A stretch of 64,000 nucleotides of DNA, from positions 32,001-96,000 of the forward strand of contig JBEKCB010000003.1 of assembly GCA_050015075.1 (NCBI GenBank), given 5' to 3'. Under the pieces are notes generated by a model that was not told the DNA's origin, did no database searches, and worked only from the letters and a program-made list of their open reading frames with translations. Shown piece after piece: positions 1 to 9,058 of this stretch. The stretch is from Candidatus Brocadiia bacterium (GTDB lineage: Bacteria; Planctomycetota; Brocadiia; CAIUPP01). Each line of letters begins with the position of its first letter. The first letter of the stretch is position 1. Made by a program: the position numbers and the translations under genes.

Positions 1-854
1 TGCCAGTAATTCCAAATCTCGTACGTCCCGTCGCTCCTGGGCGTCATCCGGCTCTTCTGCACCTTGAACCACCTCTCCGCGCGGTCCTTATATTCCGGCT
101 TGCCGGTCACGTCCCACATCGCGAGCATCCAGCGGGCGACCTCGTTGGCCTGGTTGTCGGGGTGCGAGAATCCGTGGCCGGGGTCGTTCCGGGTATCGAA
201 GCCGATCCATTTCCGGTTGGCCTCGTCCATCCCGAAGGGCAGGACCACGGAGATCATCCCGCCGTCCTCGATCTCCCGCCAGCCGCCGCGCTTCACCCAC
301 TTCTCGTAGAGCTGCTCGGCGAGCTTGAGATAACTCTCGCCTTTCGCGCCGTACTTTTCCTTCAGCGCGGGGTTCGTGGTCATCTCGCGGGCCAGGAGGA
401 CGATCGGGCGGAACACCATCGCGTCGCTGATGAAGCTGTCGGTGTTGTACTCGTTCAGGTTGTCCACTCCGCTGCCCGCGTTGATGATCTTTGTCCGGCC
501 CCACTGTCCGGGCCAGCCGAGGCAGCCGTCGGGCTCCATTACGGCCCGCTTGATCAGGGAGTCCGCCCAGTCCACCGCCATGTCCACGTACCGGGTGTCA
601 TGGGTGGCCCGATAGCCGTTGTAGAAGCCCTCCATGACGGGCGTCACCAGCCAGGCGATTTCGCCGTCCTGGGCGGTGTCGCACGTGCGGTAGTCCTTAT
701 CCACGCCGGAGATGAACTTGTCCCAGCGGGCGAGCCAGTCCTTTTGCTTCGCCTCGTCCATCTTCGTGAGCGTCATGGCCGGCGCGGTCTGCGCCTGGCA
801 GAGAGCCGCCGCCAGCACAGACCCGGCGACGACCAGCGCAATCATCCTCTTCAT
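1..854 (-). CDS. Secreted putative alpha/alpha-barrel protein, paralog of 4422-5705 and 5744-7015 (3' end outside window)
   Basis: Not in the ORF track because it has no stop in the window. Hand translation from ATG 854 (ATGA overlap with the upstream stop) gives MKRMIALVVAGSVLAAALCQAQ...GFYNGYRATHD...DWADSLIKRAVMEPDGCLGWP...RAERWFKVQKSRM...EIWNYW, matching motif blocks of the two paralogs. Confidence 0.85.
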   Translation of the reverse strand, partial: MKRMIALVVAGSVLAAALCQAQTAPAMTLTKMDEAKQKDWLARWDKFISGVDKDYRTCDTAQDGEIAWLVTPVMEGFYNGYRATHDTRYVDMAVDWADSLIKRAVMEPDGCLGWPGQWGRTKIINAGSGVDNLNEYNTDSFISDAMVFRPIVLLAREMTTNPALKEKYGAKGESYLKLAEQLYEKWVKRGGWREIEDGGMISVVLPFGMDEANRKWIGFDTRNDPGHGFSHPDNQANEVARWMLAMWDVTGKPEYKDRAERWFKVQKSRMTPRSDGTYEIWNYW

Positions 855-1963
855 GCTTTTCCTTCTGCGAACACATTTTGCCACGTCCCGATCTCGCGGC
901 CGTGTTTGAAGAAGTAGCAGAGTGTTTCGTAATTCACATCGGGCGGGATCGAATGGTCGGAGTGGAGGATATAGCCGCAGCCCTGGCGGAGGACCGCGGG
1001 GATTTTGCGCTCGAGTTCGGCGGCGACCTGCTTGCGGTCGTTCGAGATGAGCGTGCGCACGTCAATGCCGCCGAAAAAGCTGAGGCGGCCGGCGAATTTT
1101 TCGGCGAGGCGCACCACGTCCATGCCGGCCTTGACCTCCATGGCCTGCAGGCAGTCCATGCCCGCCTTCACGAGCCCCGGCACGAGCGGCTCCACGAAGC
1201 CGCATGAATGGACCATCACCGGCAGCTTGCGCGCGTGCGACCAGTCGAAGAGCAACTGGTGTCCGGGCTGCATGATCTCCTCGTACATCTGCGGCGACAT
1301 GAACGGCCTTTGCTTGAAGCCCATGTCCTCGTAGAAAAACATGCCGTCCGGCAGCCCCTCTTCGGCGAACAGGACTTCCAGGTGCATGAGCGTGAAGCGC
1401 GCATAGGTCATGACCATGTCCTTGACCCAGTCGGGATCGAGGGCCATGCCCATGAGCATGTATTCGTGTCCGCAGAGCGGGTGCATCTGCTCGAAGGGCG
1501 CCACGCCGGACCAGGCGAAGAAGCGCTGCTCGTCCGCGGCCTTCTTGCGTTCGTTGCGGTAGCTCTCGAACGGGATGCGGCGGCGGTCCAGCTTGACGAG
1601 GCGGTGCCTGGTGTGTTCCAGCCAGCCGGCCCGGTCCTTGACGGTGAAGTCCACGTGCTCGGGCGTGCTCTCGTGGAGCTTGTGCCGCCGGAGCTTGGCG
1701 CCGTTGCCGTCGAGCTGGAGGATCGTCTCGTCCGTCTCCTCGAGCGTGACCGGCTTGAAGTCGAGGTCGGCGGTGCTGTTGAGCCATCCGCCGGCGCGGA
1801 TATCGAAGTCGAAATGCCGGATGATGTCCTCGCCTTCCTTCAGGTGGCCCTCTTTGACGTAACGCTGGATCGTGGCGGCCCACGGCTCTTCGGTGCAGGG
1901 GACATGGTCCACGGGCTTGCGCAGAAGCGCGTTCATGAATCGCTCGCGGCTGGTCATGGGCAT
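851..1963 (-). CDS. Uroporphyrinogen decarboxylase / MtaA-CmuA methyltransferase-like TIM-barrel protein
   Basis: MTSRERF N-terminus, EDMG..QRPFMSP, HSCG, FFGGIDV, GYILHSDHSIPPDV are typical of the URO-D-like superfamily. Start trimmed to ATG 1963. Confidence 0.85.
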   Translation of the reverse strand: MPMTSRERFMNALLRKPVDHVPCTEEPWAATIQRYVKEGHLKEGEDIIRHFDFDIRAGGWLNSTADLDFKPVTLEETDETILQLDGNGAKLRRHKLHESTPEHVDFTVKDRAGWLEHTRHRLVKLDRRRIPFESYRNERKKAADEQRFFAWSGVAPFEQMHPLCGHEYMLMGMALDPDWVKDMVMTYARFTLMHLEVLFAEEGLPDGMFFYEDMGFKQRPFMSPQMYEEIMQPGHQLLFDWSHARKLPVMVHSCGFVEPLVPGLVKAGMDCLQAMEVKAGMDVVRLAEKFAGRLSFFGGIDVRTLISNDRKQVAAELERKIPAVLRQGCGYILHSDHSIPPDVNYETLCYFFKHGREIGTWQNVFAEGKA

Positions 1964-2021
1964 GGGATGGTCTTTCCTAATCGGGATTGGCCGCCGCACG
2001 AGAGTCGGGCGTCAAAGTCCA

Positions 2022-3299
2022 TCAGCTCTGGCGCTCGATCTCCTCGCGGGTGATCTGCACCCAGCGCACGACGCGCCGGGGCTCATGGCGGATGGTATTA
2101 TTGTCCTTCATAATCAGCTCCAGGTGGCAGCCGCGGGCCTTGGCGAGCGCGTCGCGCACGTCGCGCCGGACGGCCTCCTCGTCGAACTGTTCAGCCGCCA
2201 GCAGAGACGGAGCGGGCTTCAGCGAGTAGACGTAGCGGTCCTCCAGGTACTCCGCCATCTTCTGCCGATCGCACCAGGGCGAGACGCTGACTCGGCGCAG
2301 GTTGCGAATCTGCTTGATGATCGGCCAGCGCTCGTGCACCGGTTCGCAGCAGCCGTAACAGACCAGACCGAACCGCTCCAGGATCGGCTTCTGGTACCGG
2401 AACACGAACTCCTCGAACATGCGCGGAGACACCGCTACGGTCTCCTGGCTCTCCGACAGGCACCATAGATCTTTGGCGCGCGCGCGGCCGGCATAGTCCT
2501 TCGCCGGCAACTGCGCGGTCCATCCGAACCCGCCGGAGCCGACGTAGTCGCCCTCGTTGTTGAGCGTGTAAAGACCGTTCTTCTCCAGGAAGCTCACCAT
2601 GTCCATCGTCCCGTCGCGCAGGAAGGCCATGAGCCGGCGCAGCCCGTCCGGGTCGTCGCACAAGTCCATCATGAACTGTCCGAGGCCGCGAAGCTTGATC
2701 AATTCCCCCGTCATGCCCAGCGTCCAATACCAGCTCGCGCGCAGCCGCGGCGGAAGGAGGTCCCCGAAAACGTCCCGCGCCAATTCGAGCAGGCGGTCGG
2801 TGGCGGGCTTGTCCACGACGATCTTCTGGAACCGGAGCGCCGAGAGGTCCGCGAGGTCCTTCAGCGGAGCGATCCAGCGGCGCGCGCCGCCGTCCTGCCC
2901 GCCGATATTGATTTCGTGCATGCCCCAGTCGCTGCGGGAGTATATCCAGCCGAGGTCGAACCAGGGTTGGATGACCCGGTCGTCGTTCATCACCTCGCCC
3001 CAGTACACCTCCTTGCGCAGGCGGTGCTCCCAGCGGCGGGCGAGCGCGTGGGTGCAGCGGATCTGGTCGGGCGTGATGATCTCCTGCCAGCCGTTCTCCG
3101 GGTCGCAGAAGATCAGCGGGCGCGTTTTCCGGAGGTCGTTGTGCAGCGTCCAGAGCTTTTTCTTCTCCTGTTCCACGGGGCGCGCGGCGAGCTGCGCGAC
3201 GCGCCCGGCCAACTCGCGCAGAATGTCGCGTTCGGCGCGCGTGAGGGCGCTGTCCTCGACGTGCGTGTCCTCTATGAAAGCGGATGGCGCGTCGGCCAT
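2022..3299 (-). CDS. URO-D-like family protein
   Basis: ESQETVAVSPRMFEEF, YGCCEP, VSVSPW, KPAPS, ELIMKD motifs of a divergent URO-D-like family. Confidence 0.7.
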   Translation of the reverse strand: MADAPSAFIEDTHVEDSALTRAERDILRELAGRVAQLAARPVEQEKKKLWTLHNDLRKTRPLIFCDPENGWQEIITPDQIRCTHALARRWEHRLRKEVYWGEVMNDDRVIQPWFDLGWIYSRSDWGMHEINIGGQDGGARRWIAPLKDLADLSALRFQKIVVDKPATDRLLELARDVFGDLLPPRLRASWYWTLGMTGELIKLRGLGQFMMDLCDDPDGLRRLMAFLRDGTMDMVSFLEKNGLYTLNNEGDYVGSGGFGWTAQLPAKDYAGRARAKDLWCLSESQETVAVSPRMFEEFVFRYQKPILERFGLVCYGCCEPVHERWPIIKQIRNLRRVSVSPWCDRQKMAEYLEDRYVYSLKPAPSLLAAEQFDEEAVRRDVRDALAKARGCHLELIMKDNNTIRHEPRRVVRWVQITREEIERQS

Positions 3300-3326
3300 G
3301 GTCCTGTTCCTTTCCGCATTCGCGCT

Positions 3327-4316
3327 CTACGCCAGGATACGATCAATCTGTTGCAGTTCCTCGGCGGCGAATTTGAGGTTCGCGAGGGCGCCGACGTTTT
3401 GCTCGATCTGGCTGACCTTGCTGGCGCCGACGAGGGCCGAGGTGACTTTGCCCCCGCGCAAGACCCACGCGAGCGCCATCTGCGCCAGGCTCTGCCCGCG
3501 CGCCTTGGCCAGCTTGTTGAGCTTGCGGATCTTCGCCAGCTTGTCTTTCGTGATCGCCGCCGGCTTCAGGAACCCGCTGGGCTTGGCCGCGCGGGAATCG
3601 GCGGGTATGCCGGCGAGATATCGGTCCGTCAACAGCCCCTGCGCCAGCGGACAGAACGCGATGGAGCCGATCCCTTCGCGCTGAAGGACGTCCTGGAGTC
3701 CTTCTTCGATCCATCGGCTGAACATGGAGTAACTGGGCTGATGGATGAGGCAGGGCGTGCCGAGAGACCGCATAATGCGCGCGGCCTCCGCGGTCTGCTC
3801 CGCGCTGTAGGAGGAGATGCCCGCGTAAAGGGCCTTGCCCCGGCGGACCGCGGCGTCGAGCGCGCCCATGGTTTCCTCCAACGGCGTGTTCGGATCGGGC
3901 CGATGCGAGTAGAAGATGTCCACGTACTCCAGCCCCATGCGCTGCAGGCTCTGGTCAAGGCTCGCCAGCAGGTATTTGCGCGAGCCCCACTCGCCGTAAG
4001 GCCCCGGCCACATCAGGTAGCCGGCCTTGGTCGAGACGATCAATTCGTCGCGGTGCGCCGCAAGGTCCTTCCGGAAGATCGCCCCGAAGTTCTCTTCCGC
4101 CGAACCCGGCGGCGGGCCGTAATTGTTGGCGAGGTCGAAGTGCGTGATGCCCAGGTCGAAGGCGCGGCGGACCATCGCGCGCTGGTTCTCGAGGGAGTCA
4201 ATGCCGCCGAAGTTATGCCACAGCCCGAGCGAGATGGCCGGCAGCGACAGGCCGCTCCGTCCGCAGCGGTTGTATTTCATCTTCGAATAACGGGACTCGA
4301 CGGGAGACCAGGTCAT
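3327..4316 (-). CDS. gpr: Aldo/keto reductase, L-glyceraldehyde 3-phosphate reductase (YghZ/Gpr type)
   Basis: GRSGLSLPAISLGLWHNFG, HFDLANNYGPPPGSAE, STKAGY.MWPGPYGEWGSRKY, YSHRPD. Confidence 0.9.
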   Translation of the reverse strand: MTWSPVESRYSKMKYNRCGRSGLSLPAISLGLWHNFGGIDSLENQRAMVRRAFDLGITHFDLANNYGPPPGSAEENFGAIFRKDLAAHRDELIVSTKAGYLMWPGPYGEWGSRKYLLASLDQSLQRMGLEYVDIFYSHRPDPNTPLEETMGALDAAVRRGKALYAGISSYSAEQTAEAARIMRSLGTPCLIHQPSYSMFSRWIEEGLQDVLQREGIGSIAFCPLAQGLLTDRYLAGIPADSRAAKPSGFLKPAAITKDKLAKIRKLNKLAKARGQSLAQMALAWVLRGGKVTSALVGASKVSQIEQNVGALANLKFAAEELQQIDRILA

Positions 4317-4421
4317 GGAGTTCCTTTCTCATCGAAACGGGAATTTCCCGGACGGTGCGGCGCCAATGCCACGGATAGTCTGACGACCGCGGCCGCCTCC
4401 GTCAAGCGCTTTTTCGGCGGC

Positions 4422-5705
4422 TTACCGGCCGGCTTCGGACTTCCGGCTGAGGCGAGTGACCCATTCAGGCGTCCATATGCCCTCCCAGCCGCTCGGATCG
4501 AAGTTGGCTTCAAAAATCTTCAGCAGCGTCGGGTCGTAGGGCGTCAAGGCGACCCAGAGCACCCCGGGCGGCACTTTCGGAGCGGGCTCTCTGTCGTCAA
4601 TCCGCTTGAATTTTGCGTCCTTGATTTGCTTGTTCCACATGAAGTCCCGGTTGGTGGCGATGAGGCGGGCGATGTCCTCTTTCGTGAAGACCAGGCCATG
4701 CTCGTACGCCGCCACGATCCCTTCCAGATCATCCGCGTAGTACCCGCCGTTCGGGTGCACGCCCACCCAGTGCTTGATCGAGCCGTCCGGGTTACGGTCC
4801 CACGGCACGTTCGCGTCCCAGTAGTTCCAGACGAAATACTTGCCGTCCTCCCGGAGTTTCATGTGAGACTTCATCGTCTGGAACCACTTCTCGGCCCGTT
4901 CGCGGTAAATCGGTTTGTGCGTCACGTCGTACATGGCGAGGATCCACTTGGTGATCTGGTTTTCCTTGTTCGCGGGCAGGGAGTTGCCGTCCGTGTTTCT
5001 TCTTTCATATCCGTCGAGTTCGGTCCATTGGCCGGTCTTCGGGTCAAGCCCGAAGGGCGGGACGACCCAGATGCCGCCTTCCTTCGTATCGCGCCAGGCG
5101 CCGCGCGAATTCCATTTATCGAACGTCCGCTCGGAAAGCCGGAGGTATTCCTCGGCCTTGGCGCCGTACTCTTTCTTCAGGGCCGGCGTCCTGAGAATCT
5201 CGCCGGCCATCATCACCAGCGGGCGAAGGAACATCGCATCGCACAGCTCGGTGTCCGTGTAGCGCTCCTTCATGCCGGGAGGAAGATACTCGAGGACGCC
5301 GTCGTCCTCTTCCTTGGGCCAGCCGATGTACCCGTCCGGCTCTTTGACGCCGCGCTTGATGACGGAGTCGGCCCAGTCTATCAGGTGGTCCACCCACTCG
5401 CGGTCGCCCGTGGCCATGTAGCCGTAGTAGAAGCCGTTCAGGAACGGAGTGACGGCCCAGCCGATGGACTCGCCCGTTTCCTTGTCGCAGTAGCGGTTCT
5501 TGCGGATCTCGCCGAGGATGTTCTGCTTCCAACGGCTCATCCATTCTTTTGCGAGCGCCGGATCCATGGTCGCTCTTCCCTGAACGGCCGCTCCTGTCGC
5601 CGCGTCCTTCGGCTGGCCCTGGGCGATGGAAAGGCCCGTCAGCAGTCCCATCCCGATCACCGCGAGCAATCCACGCGTCGCGCCGCCATGCAATCTCTGC
5701 GACAT
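4422..5705 (-). CDS. Secreted putative alpha/alpha-barrel (six-hairpin-like) protein, tandem paralog
   Basis: Signal-like N-terminus (GLLAVIGMGLLTGLSIAQG); long identical blocks with 5744-7015. Fold is inferred. Confidence 0.8.
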   Translation of the reverse strand: MSQRLHGGATRGLLAVIGMGLLTGLSIAQGQPKDAATGAAVQGRATMDPALAKEWMSRWKQNILGEIRKNRYCDKETGESIGWAVTPFLNGFYYGYMATGDREWVDHLIDWADSVIKRGVKEPDGYIGWPKEEDDGVLEYLPPGMKERYTDTELCDAMFLRPLVMMAGEILRTPALKKEYGAKAEEYLRLSERTFDKWNSRGAWRDTKEGGIWVVPPFGLDPKTGQWTELDGYERRNTDGNSLPANKENQITKWILAMYDVTHKPIYRERAEKWFQTMKSHMKLREDGKYFVWNYWDANVPWDRNPDGSIKHWVGVHPNGGYYADDLEGIVAAYEHGLVFTKEDIARLIATNRDFMWNKQIKDAKFKRIDDREPAPKVPPGVLWVALTPYDPTLLKIFEANFDPSGWEGIWTPEWVTRLSRKSEAGR

Positions 5706-5743
5706 ATTGGTCCTTTCAGAAGCGCCGCAAGGGCGACGATAAT

Positions 5744-7015
5744 TCACCGGCCGGCTTCAGCCTTTCGGCCGAAACGGGCGAGCCATTGAGGCGTGATGTT
5801 CAGGCCGCCCCAACTGGCCGGCTCGTGGTTGGCTTCAAAAACCTTTCGCAGCGTCGGGTCATAGGGCGCCAGGGCGACCCAGAGCATGCCCGGAGTCTTT
5901 GCCCATCGCGGGTCGGCCTTTTCGCCGTCAATCCGCTGGAATTTTGCATTCTTGATTTGCTGGTTCCACATGAAGTCCCGGTTCGTGGCGATGAGCCGCG
6001 CGATGTCCTCTTTCGTGAAGACCAGGCCGTGTTCGTATGCCGCGACGATCCCGTCCACGTCAATCGAGTAGTACCCGCCGTTCGGATGCACGCCCACCCA
6101 GTGCCGGGTGGTGCCGTCGGCCTTGTAATCCCACGGCCCGGCCGGGTCCCAGTAATCCCAGACGAAATACTTGCCGTTCTCCCGGAGCTTCATGCGGGAC
6201 TTCTGCACGCGCCACCATTTCTCGGCGCGTTCCCGGTAGATGGGTTTATGCGTCACGTCGTACATGGCGATCAGCCACAGGGCGACGAAGTTCTCCTTGT
6301 TGTCCGGCAGGGAAAAGCCGTCCGTGTTTCTGCGTTCATATCCGGCGGTCCACTTGCCGGTCTTCGGGTCAACCCCGAACGGCGGGACGACCCACAGGCC
6401 GCCTTCCTTCGTCTCGTGCCAGGCGCCGCGCGAATCCCATTTCTCGAACATTTTTTCGGAGAGCCGAAGGTATTCCTCGGCCTTGGCGCCGTACTCTTTC
6501 TTCAGGGCCGGAGTCTTGAGAATCTCGCCGGCCATCATCACGACGGGGCGGAAGAACATCGCCTCGCCCATCTCGCTGTCGGTGGGAGCCTCGGCGCCAT
6601 CGGCCTTCGGCCAGCCGACGTACCCGTCCGGCCCCTTCACGCCGCGCTTGATGACGGAGTCGGCCCAGTCTATCAGGTGGTCCACCCACATGCGGTCGCC
6701 CGTCGCCATGTAGCCATAGTAGAACCCGTTCAGCAACGGCCAGCCGACGAGGTCTCCGATCTGCTCGCCCATTTCCCGATCGCAAGTGCGGTCGCGGGTC
6801 TCGCCGAGGATGTTCTGCTTCCAACGCCGCATCCACTCGCTGGCGAGCGCCGGGTCCATGCTCGGTCCTGCCTGAGCGGCCAGTCCCGTCGTCTCGTCCT
6901 TCGTCTGGCCCTGGGCGATGGAAAGGCACGACGGAAGAATCCACGCGATCAGCAGTCCCATCCCGGCCGCCGCAAGCAATCCGCGCGTCGCGCCGCCATG
7001 CGATCTGTGTGACAT
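5744..7015 (-). CDS. Secreted putative alpha/alpha-barrel protein, tandem paralog
   Basis: Signal-like N-terminus; shares GFYYGYMATGD, DWADSVIKRGVK, HWVGVHPNGGYY, AAYEHGLVFTKEDIARLIATNRDFMWN with its neighbour. Confidence 0.8.
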   Translation of the reverse strand: MSHRSHGGATRGLLAAAGMGLLIAWILPSCLSIAQGQTKDETTGLAAQAGPSMDPALASEWMRRWKQNILGETRDRTCDREMGEQIGDLVGWPLLNGFYYGYMATGDRMWVDHLIDWADSVIKRGVKGPDGYVGWPKADGAEAPTDSEMGEAMFFRPVVMMAGEILKTPALKKEYGAKAEEYLRLSEKMFEKWDSRGAWHETKEGGLWVVPPFGVDPKTGKWTAGYERRNTDGFSLPDNKENFVALWLIAMYDVTHKPIYRERAEKWWRVQKSRMKLRENGKYFVWDYWDPAGPWDYKADGTTRHWVGVHPNGGYYSIDVDGIVAAYEHGLVFTKEDIARLIATNRDFMWNQQIKNAKFQRIDGEKADPRWAKTPGMLWVALAPYDPTLRKVFEANHEPASWGGLNITPQWLARFGRKAEAGR

Positions 7016-7148
7016 ATCGGCCCTTTCAAAAGCGCTGCAAGGACGATGGCCTGCGGTCAGGCGCCCGATGTCATATTCTGACGACCGAAGTCATCCCCGT
7101 CAAGGAACCTTCGCAGATCGGCATGCTAAGACTGTTCCCGCAATTGAT

Positions 7149-7280
7149 ATCGGATGTCAAAGACCGATTTCCGGCCTTGCCGCGGCGTGGAGATTCAGGG
7201 GCAGCTTGGTGTAACCGCTTGATGTCTATGGAGATGTGTATAGCTTGCAGATCCGCCGTCGTCACGGCACACATTTTGCG
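7149..7280 (+). promoter_or_regulatory. Sigma54 promoter 1 with upstream palindromic enhancer and IHF-like site
   Basis: cGGCACacatttTGCg (GG 7266-67, GC 7278-79, N10 spacing); ATCGG-N10-CCGAT at 7149-7168; ATCAAgcggTTA on the - strand at 7212-7223. Confidence 0.75.
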
Positions 7281-7382
7281 ATATCTTATCCGCAAAGGCG
7301 TGCGCGGGAAGCGCGCCAAGGGAACAACGGACGTGGCGATGGCGCCTCGGCGGTTTTGCCGCCGACTTGGGGAGGGGAAGTA

Positions 7383-7475
7383 ATGAGCACTACCGGATGG
7401 GTCATTCTAATCGTAGTGCTGTTAGTTTTGTTCGGCGGCGGCGGCGGTTACTATTACCGCAGAAGAGGAGAATAG
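7383..7475 (+). CDS. 30-aa single-TM micro-protein (MSTTGWVILIVVLLVLFGGGGGYYYRRRGE)
   Basis: GGAGG-containing RBS upstream of ATG 7383; hydrophobic helix, Gly run and basic tail; downstream of sigma54 promoter 1. Confidence 0.7.
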   Translation: MSTTGWVILIVVLLVLFGGGGGYYYRRRGE

Positions 7476-7610
7476 GAAGTTGCCGCTCCCTCTGCGCCGG
7501 ACAGGTTAAACCTCGCCGAGGGGCCGAGCCTCGAAGAGGGAGTATCGGGCGCGGCGTCCGAGAAGTGATGCCACACTGATCGGACTCCGGTTTCTTATAT
7601 CTTCCGCATA

Positions 7611-7742
7611 ATCGGATGTTAAAAACCGATTCGCGATCTTCCGTCGCCGGGGACAGCCGGCGGAAGGTTAGCCTAAGTGCCGGTTGCTCAGGGCGATATG
7701 GACAACTCATGAGTCCATCAGTCCTGCGGCACGATTATTGCG
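7611..7742 (+). promoter_or_regulatory. Sigma54 promoter 2 with upstream palindromic enhancer
   Basis: cGGCACgattatTGCg (GG 7728-29, GC 7740-41); ATCGG-N10-CCGAT at 7611-7630, the same 117-bp offset to GG as in promoter 1. Confidence 0.8.
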
Positions 7743-7789
7743 ATGTGTTTCTCGGGTGCTTAAGGCACACTTTCTAAAGGAGGCCGAAC

Positions 7790-7924
7790 ATGGGGAAAGC
7801 AAGGCCGGTCAAAGTCGCATTGCTGCTGGCTCTGCTGCTTTTGCCGATGCTGCTGTCGCTGTCCGGATGCATCTGGCGCGGTGACCATGACCACGATCAC
7901 CACGACGATCATCATGACAGGTAA
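7790..7924 (+). CDS. 44-aa His/Asp-rich lipopeptide precursor
   Basis: Below the ORF-track cutoff. AAGGAGG RBS, then [44 protein letters not shown] with lipobox LSG-C. Confidence 0.75.
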   Translation: MGKARPVKVALLLALLLLPMLLSLSGCIWRGDHDHDHHDDHHDR

Positions 7925-7968
7925 GGAATGGGTTGCCGGCAACCGGGGTTAAGAAAAGGAGTACTCGC

Positions 7969-8133
7969 ATGCTTTACTACGCATTGATTTTCCTGCTCGT
8001 GGCCATCGTGGCTGGCGTCCTGGGGTTCGGCGTTATCGCGGGCACGGCGGCCTCGATCGCGAAAATTCTTTTCATCATATTCGTGGTGCTGTTCGTCATT
8101 TCGCTGATAACGCACACCAGGCGGCGAGGGTAG
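7969..8133 (+). CDS. DUF1328/UPF0391 (YtjA-like) small membrane protein
   Basis: [35 protein letters not shown] is the family pattern; AAGGAG RBS. Confidence 0.9.
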   Translation: MLYYALIFLLVAIVAGVLGFGVIAGTAASIAKILFIIFVVLFVISLITHTRRRG

Positions 8134-8178
8134 CCGCCTGTTGAATTGGGCCTTTACTTCATCATGGGGAGAAAAGCC

Positions 8179-8730
8179 ATGAACAAGACATTGATCGGGT
8201 TCGCAGCAGTGCTGGTGTTGGCTCTTGGGATGACGGCGTGCGAGGAAAAGACCACGTCCGAGAAAGCATCGGAGACGGGGAAGTCGGCCGGACAGTCCGT
8301 TAACAATGCCGCCAATGCCGCCGGCAATGCCGTTGGCGACGCTGCAAAGGCCACGGGCCATGCCGTTGGCGAGGCCGCAAAGGCCACGGGCAACGCCGTT
8401 GGCGACGCTGCAAAGGCCACGGGCGACTGGTTGGCCGGGTCGAAGGACGACGCGGTCAAGGCCGCGCAGGCGAAGGTTGACACGTTGGAGGCCAAGTGGC
8501 AGGCGTTACAGGACAAGGCCGCACCGGCCACCGACGACGCCAAGGCTGACTTGCAGAAGGCCAAGGACCAGATGACCCAGCTCCTCGCCGACGCCAAGGC
8601 AAAGCTTGCCGAGGCCAAGGACGCCACCGACGACGCTTGGCAGAAGGACATCAAGCCCGCGCTCGCCGCCGCCCTGGACAAGGCGCAGAAGCTCTATGAC
8701 GACGCCGCCGCTGAGTTCGGCGGCAAGTAG
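8179..8730 (+). CDS. Ala/Lys/Asp-rich helical lipoprotein with LEA-like 11-mer repeats
   Basis: Lipobox-like MTA-C; three copies of G(N/H)AVG(D/E)AAKAT; coiled-coil-like C-terminal half. Confidence 0.75.
   Translation: MNKTLIGFAAVLVLALGMTACEEKTTSEKASETGKSAGQSVNNAANAAGNAVGDAAKATGHAVGEAAKATGNAVGDAAKATGDWLAGSKDDAVKAAQAKVDTLEAKWQALQDKAAPATDDAKADLQKAKDQMTQLLADAKAKLAEAKDATDDAWQKDIKPALAAALDKAQKLYDDAAAEFGGK
8323..8421 (+). repeat. 3 x 33-bp in-frame tandem repeat
   Basis: ggcaatgccgttggcgacgctgcaaaggccacg and two close variants in tandem. Confidence 0.9.
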
Positions 8731-8805
8731 GCGCGCACGCTGCCGGGGCACACCCCGGCAGCGAGGTGACGATCTCAAAGGAACTTTTACTGAGAAGGAT
8801 CAGCC

Positions 8806-9015
8806 ATGGAACACACTGCAAAGGCCGAAGCTCAAGAGCTTCGCGAGAAGATCGGCGAGCTGAAGGATGACTTCACCGACGCCGCCAGGACGGCGAAGGA
8901 TCGCGCGGTCAAAGGCACGACGGAATGGGTCAAGGAGCACCCCTTTGCCGCGATCGGCATCGCCGCAGGCGTCGGCTTTGTGTTAGGCATCCTCGTCGGG
9001 CGCAAGTCGGCTTAA
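8806..9015 (+). CDS. DUF883 / ElaB-YqjD family membrane-anchored protein
   Basis: C-terminal WVKEHPFAAIGIAAGVGFVLGILVGRK signature. Confidence 0.85.
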   Translation: MEHTAKAEAQELREKIGELKDDFTDAARTAKDRAVKGTTEWVKEHPFAAIGIAAGVGFVLGILVGRKSA

Positions 9016-9058
9016 GAGGAACACCCGAGGGTGCTGTTCAGCAGCGGGAGCCGATAAC

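Noticed and set aside
851-3299. Heme biosynthesis hemE genes
   Set aside because: They lack the HemE N-terminal RQAGR motif and there are no other hem genes, so they are treated as URO-D-like paralogs.
8323-8421. CRISPR-like 33-bp repeats
   Set aside because: The repeats are contiguous with no spacers, in frame within a protein, and there are no cas genes.
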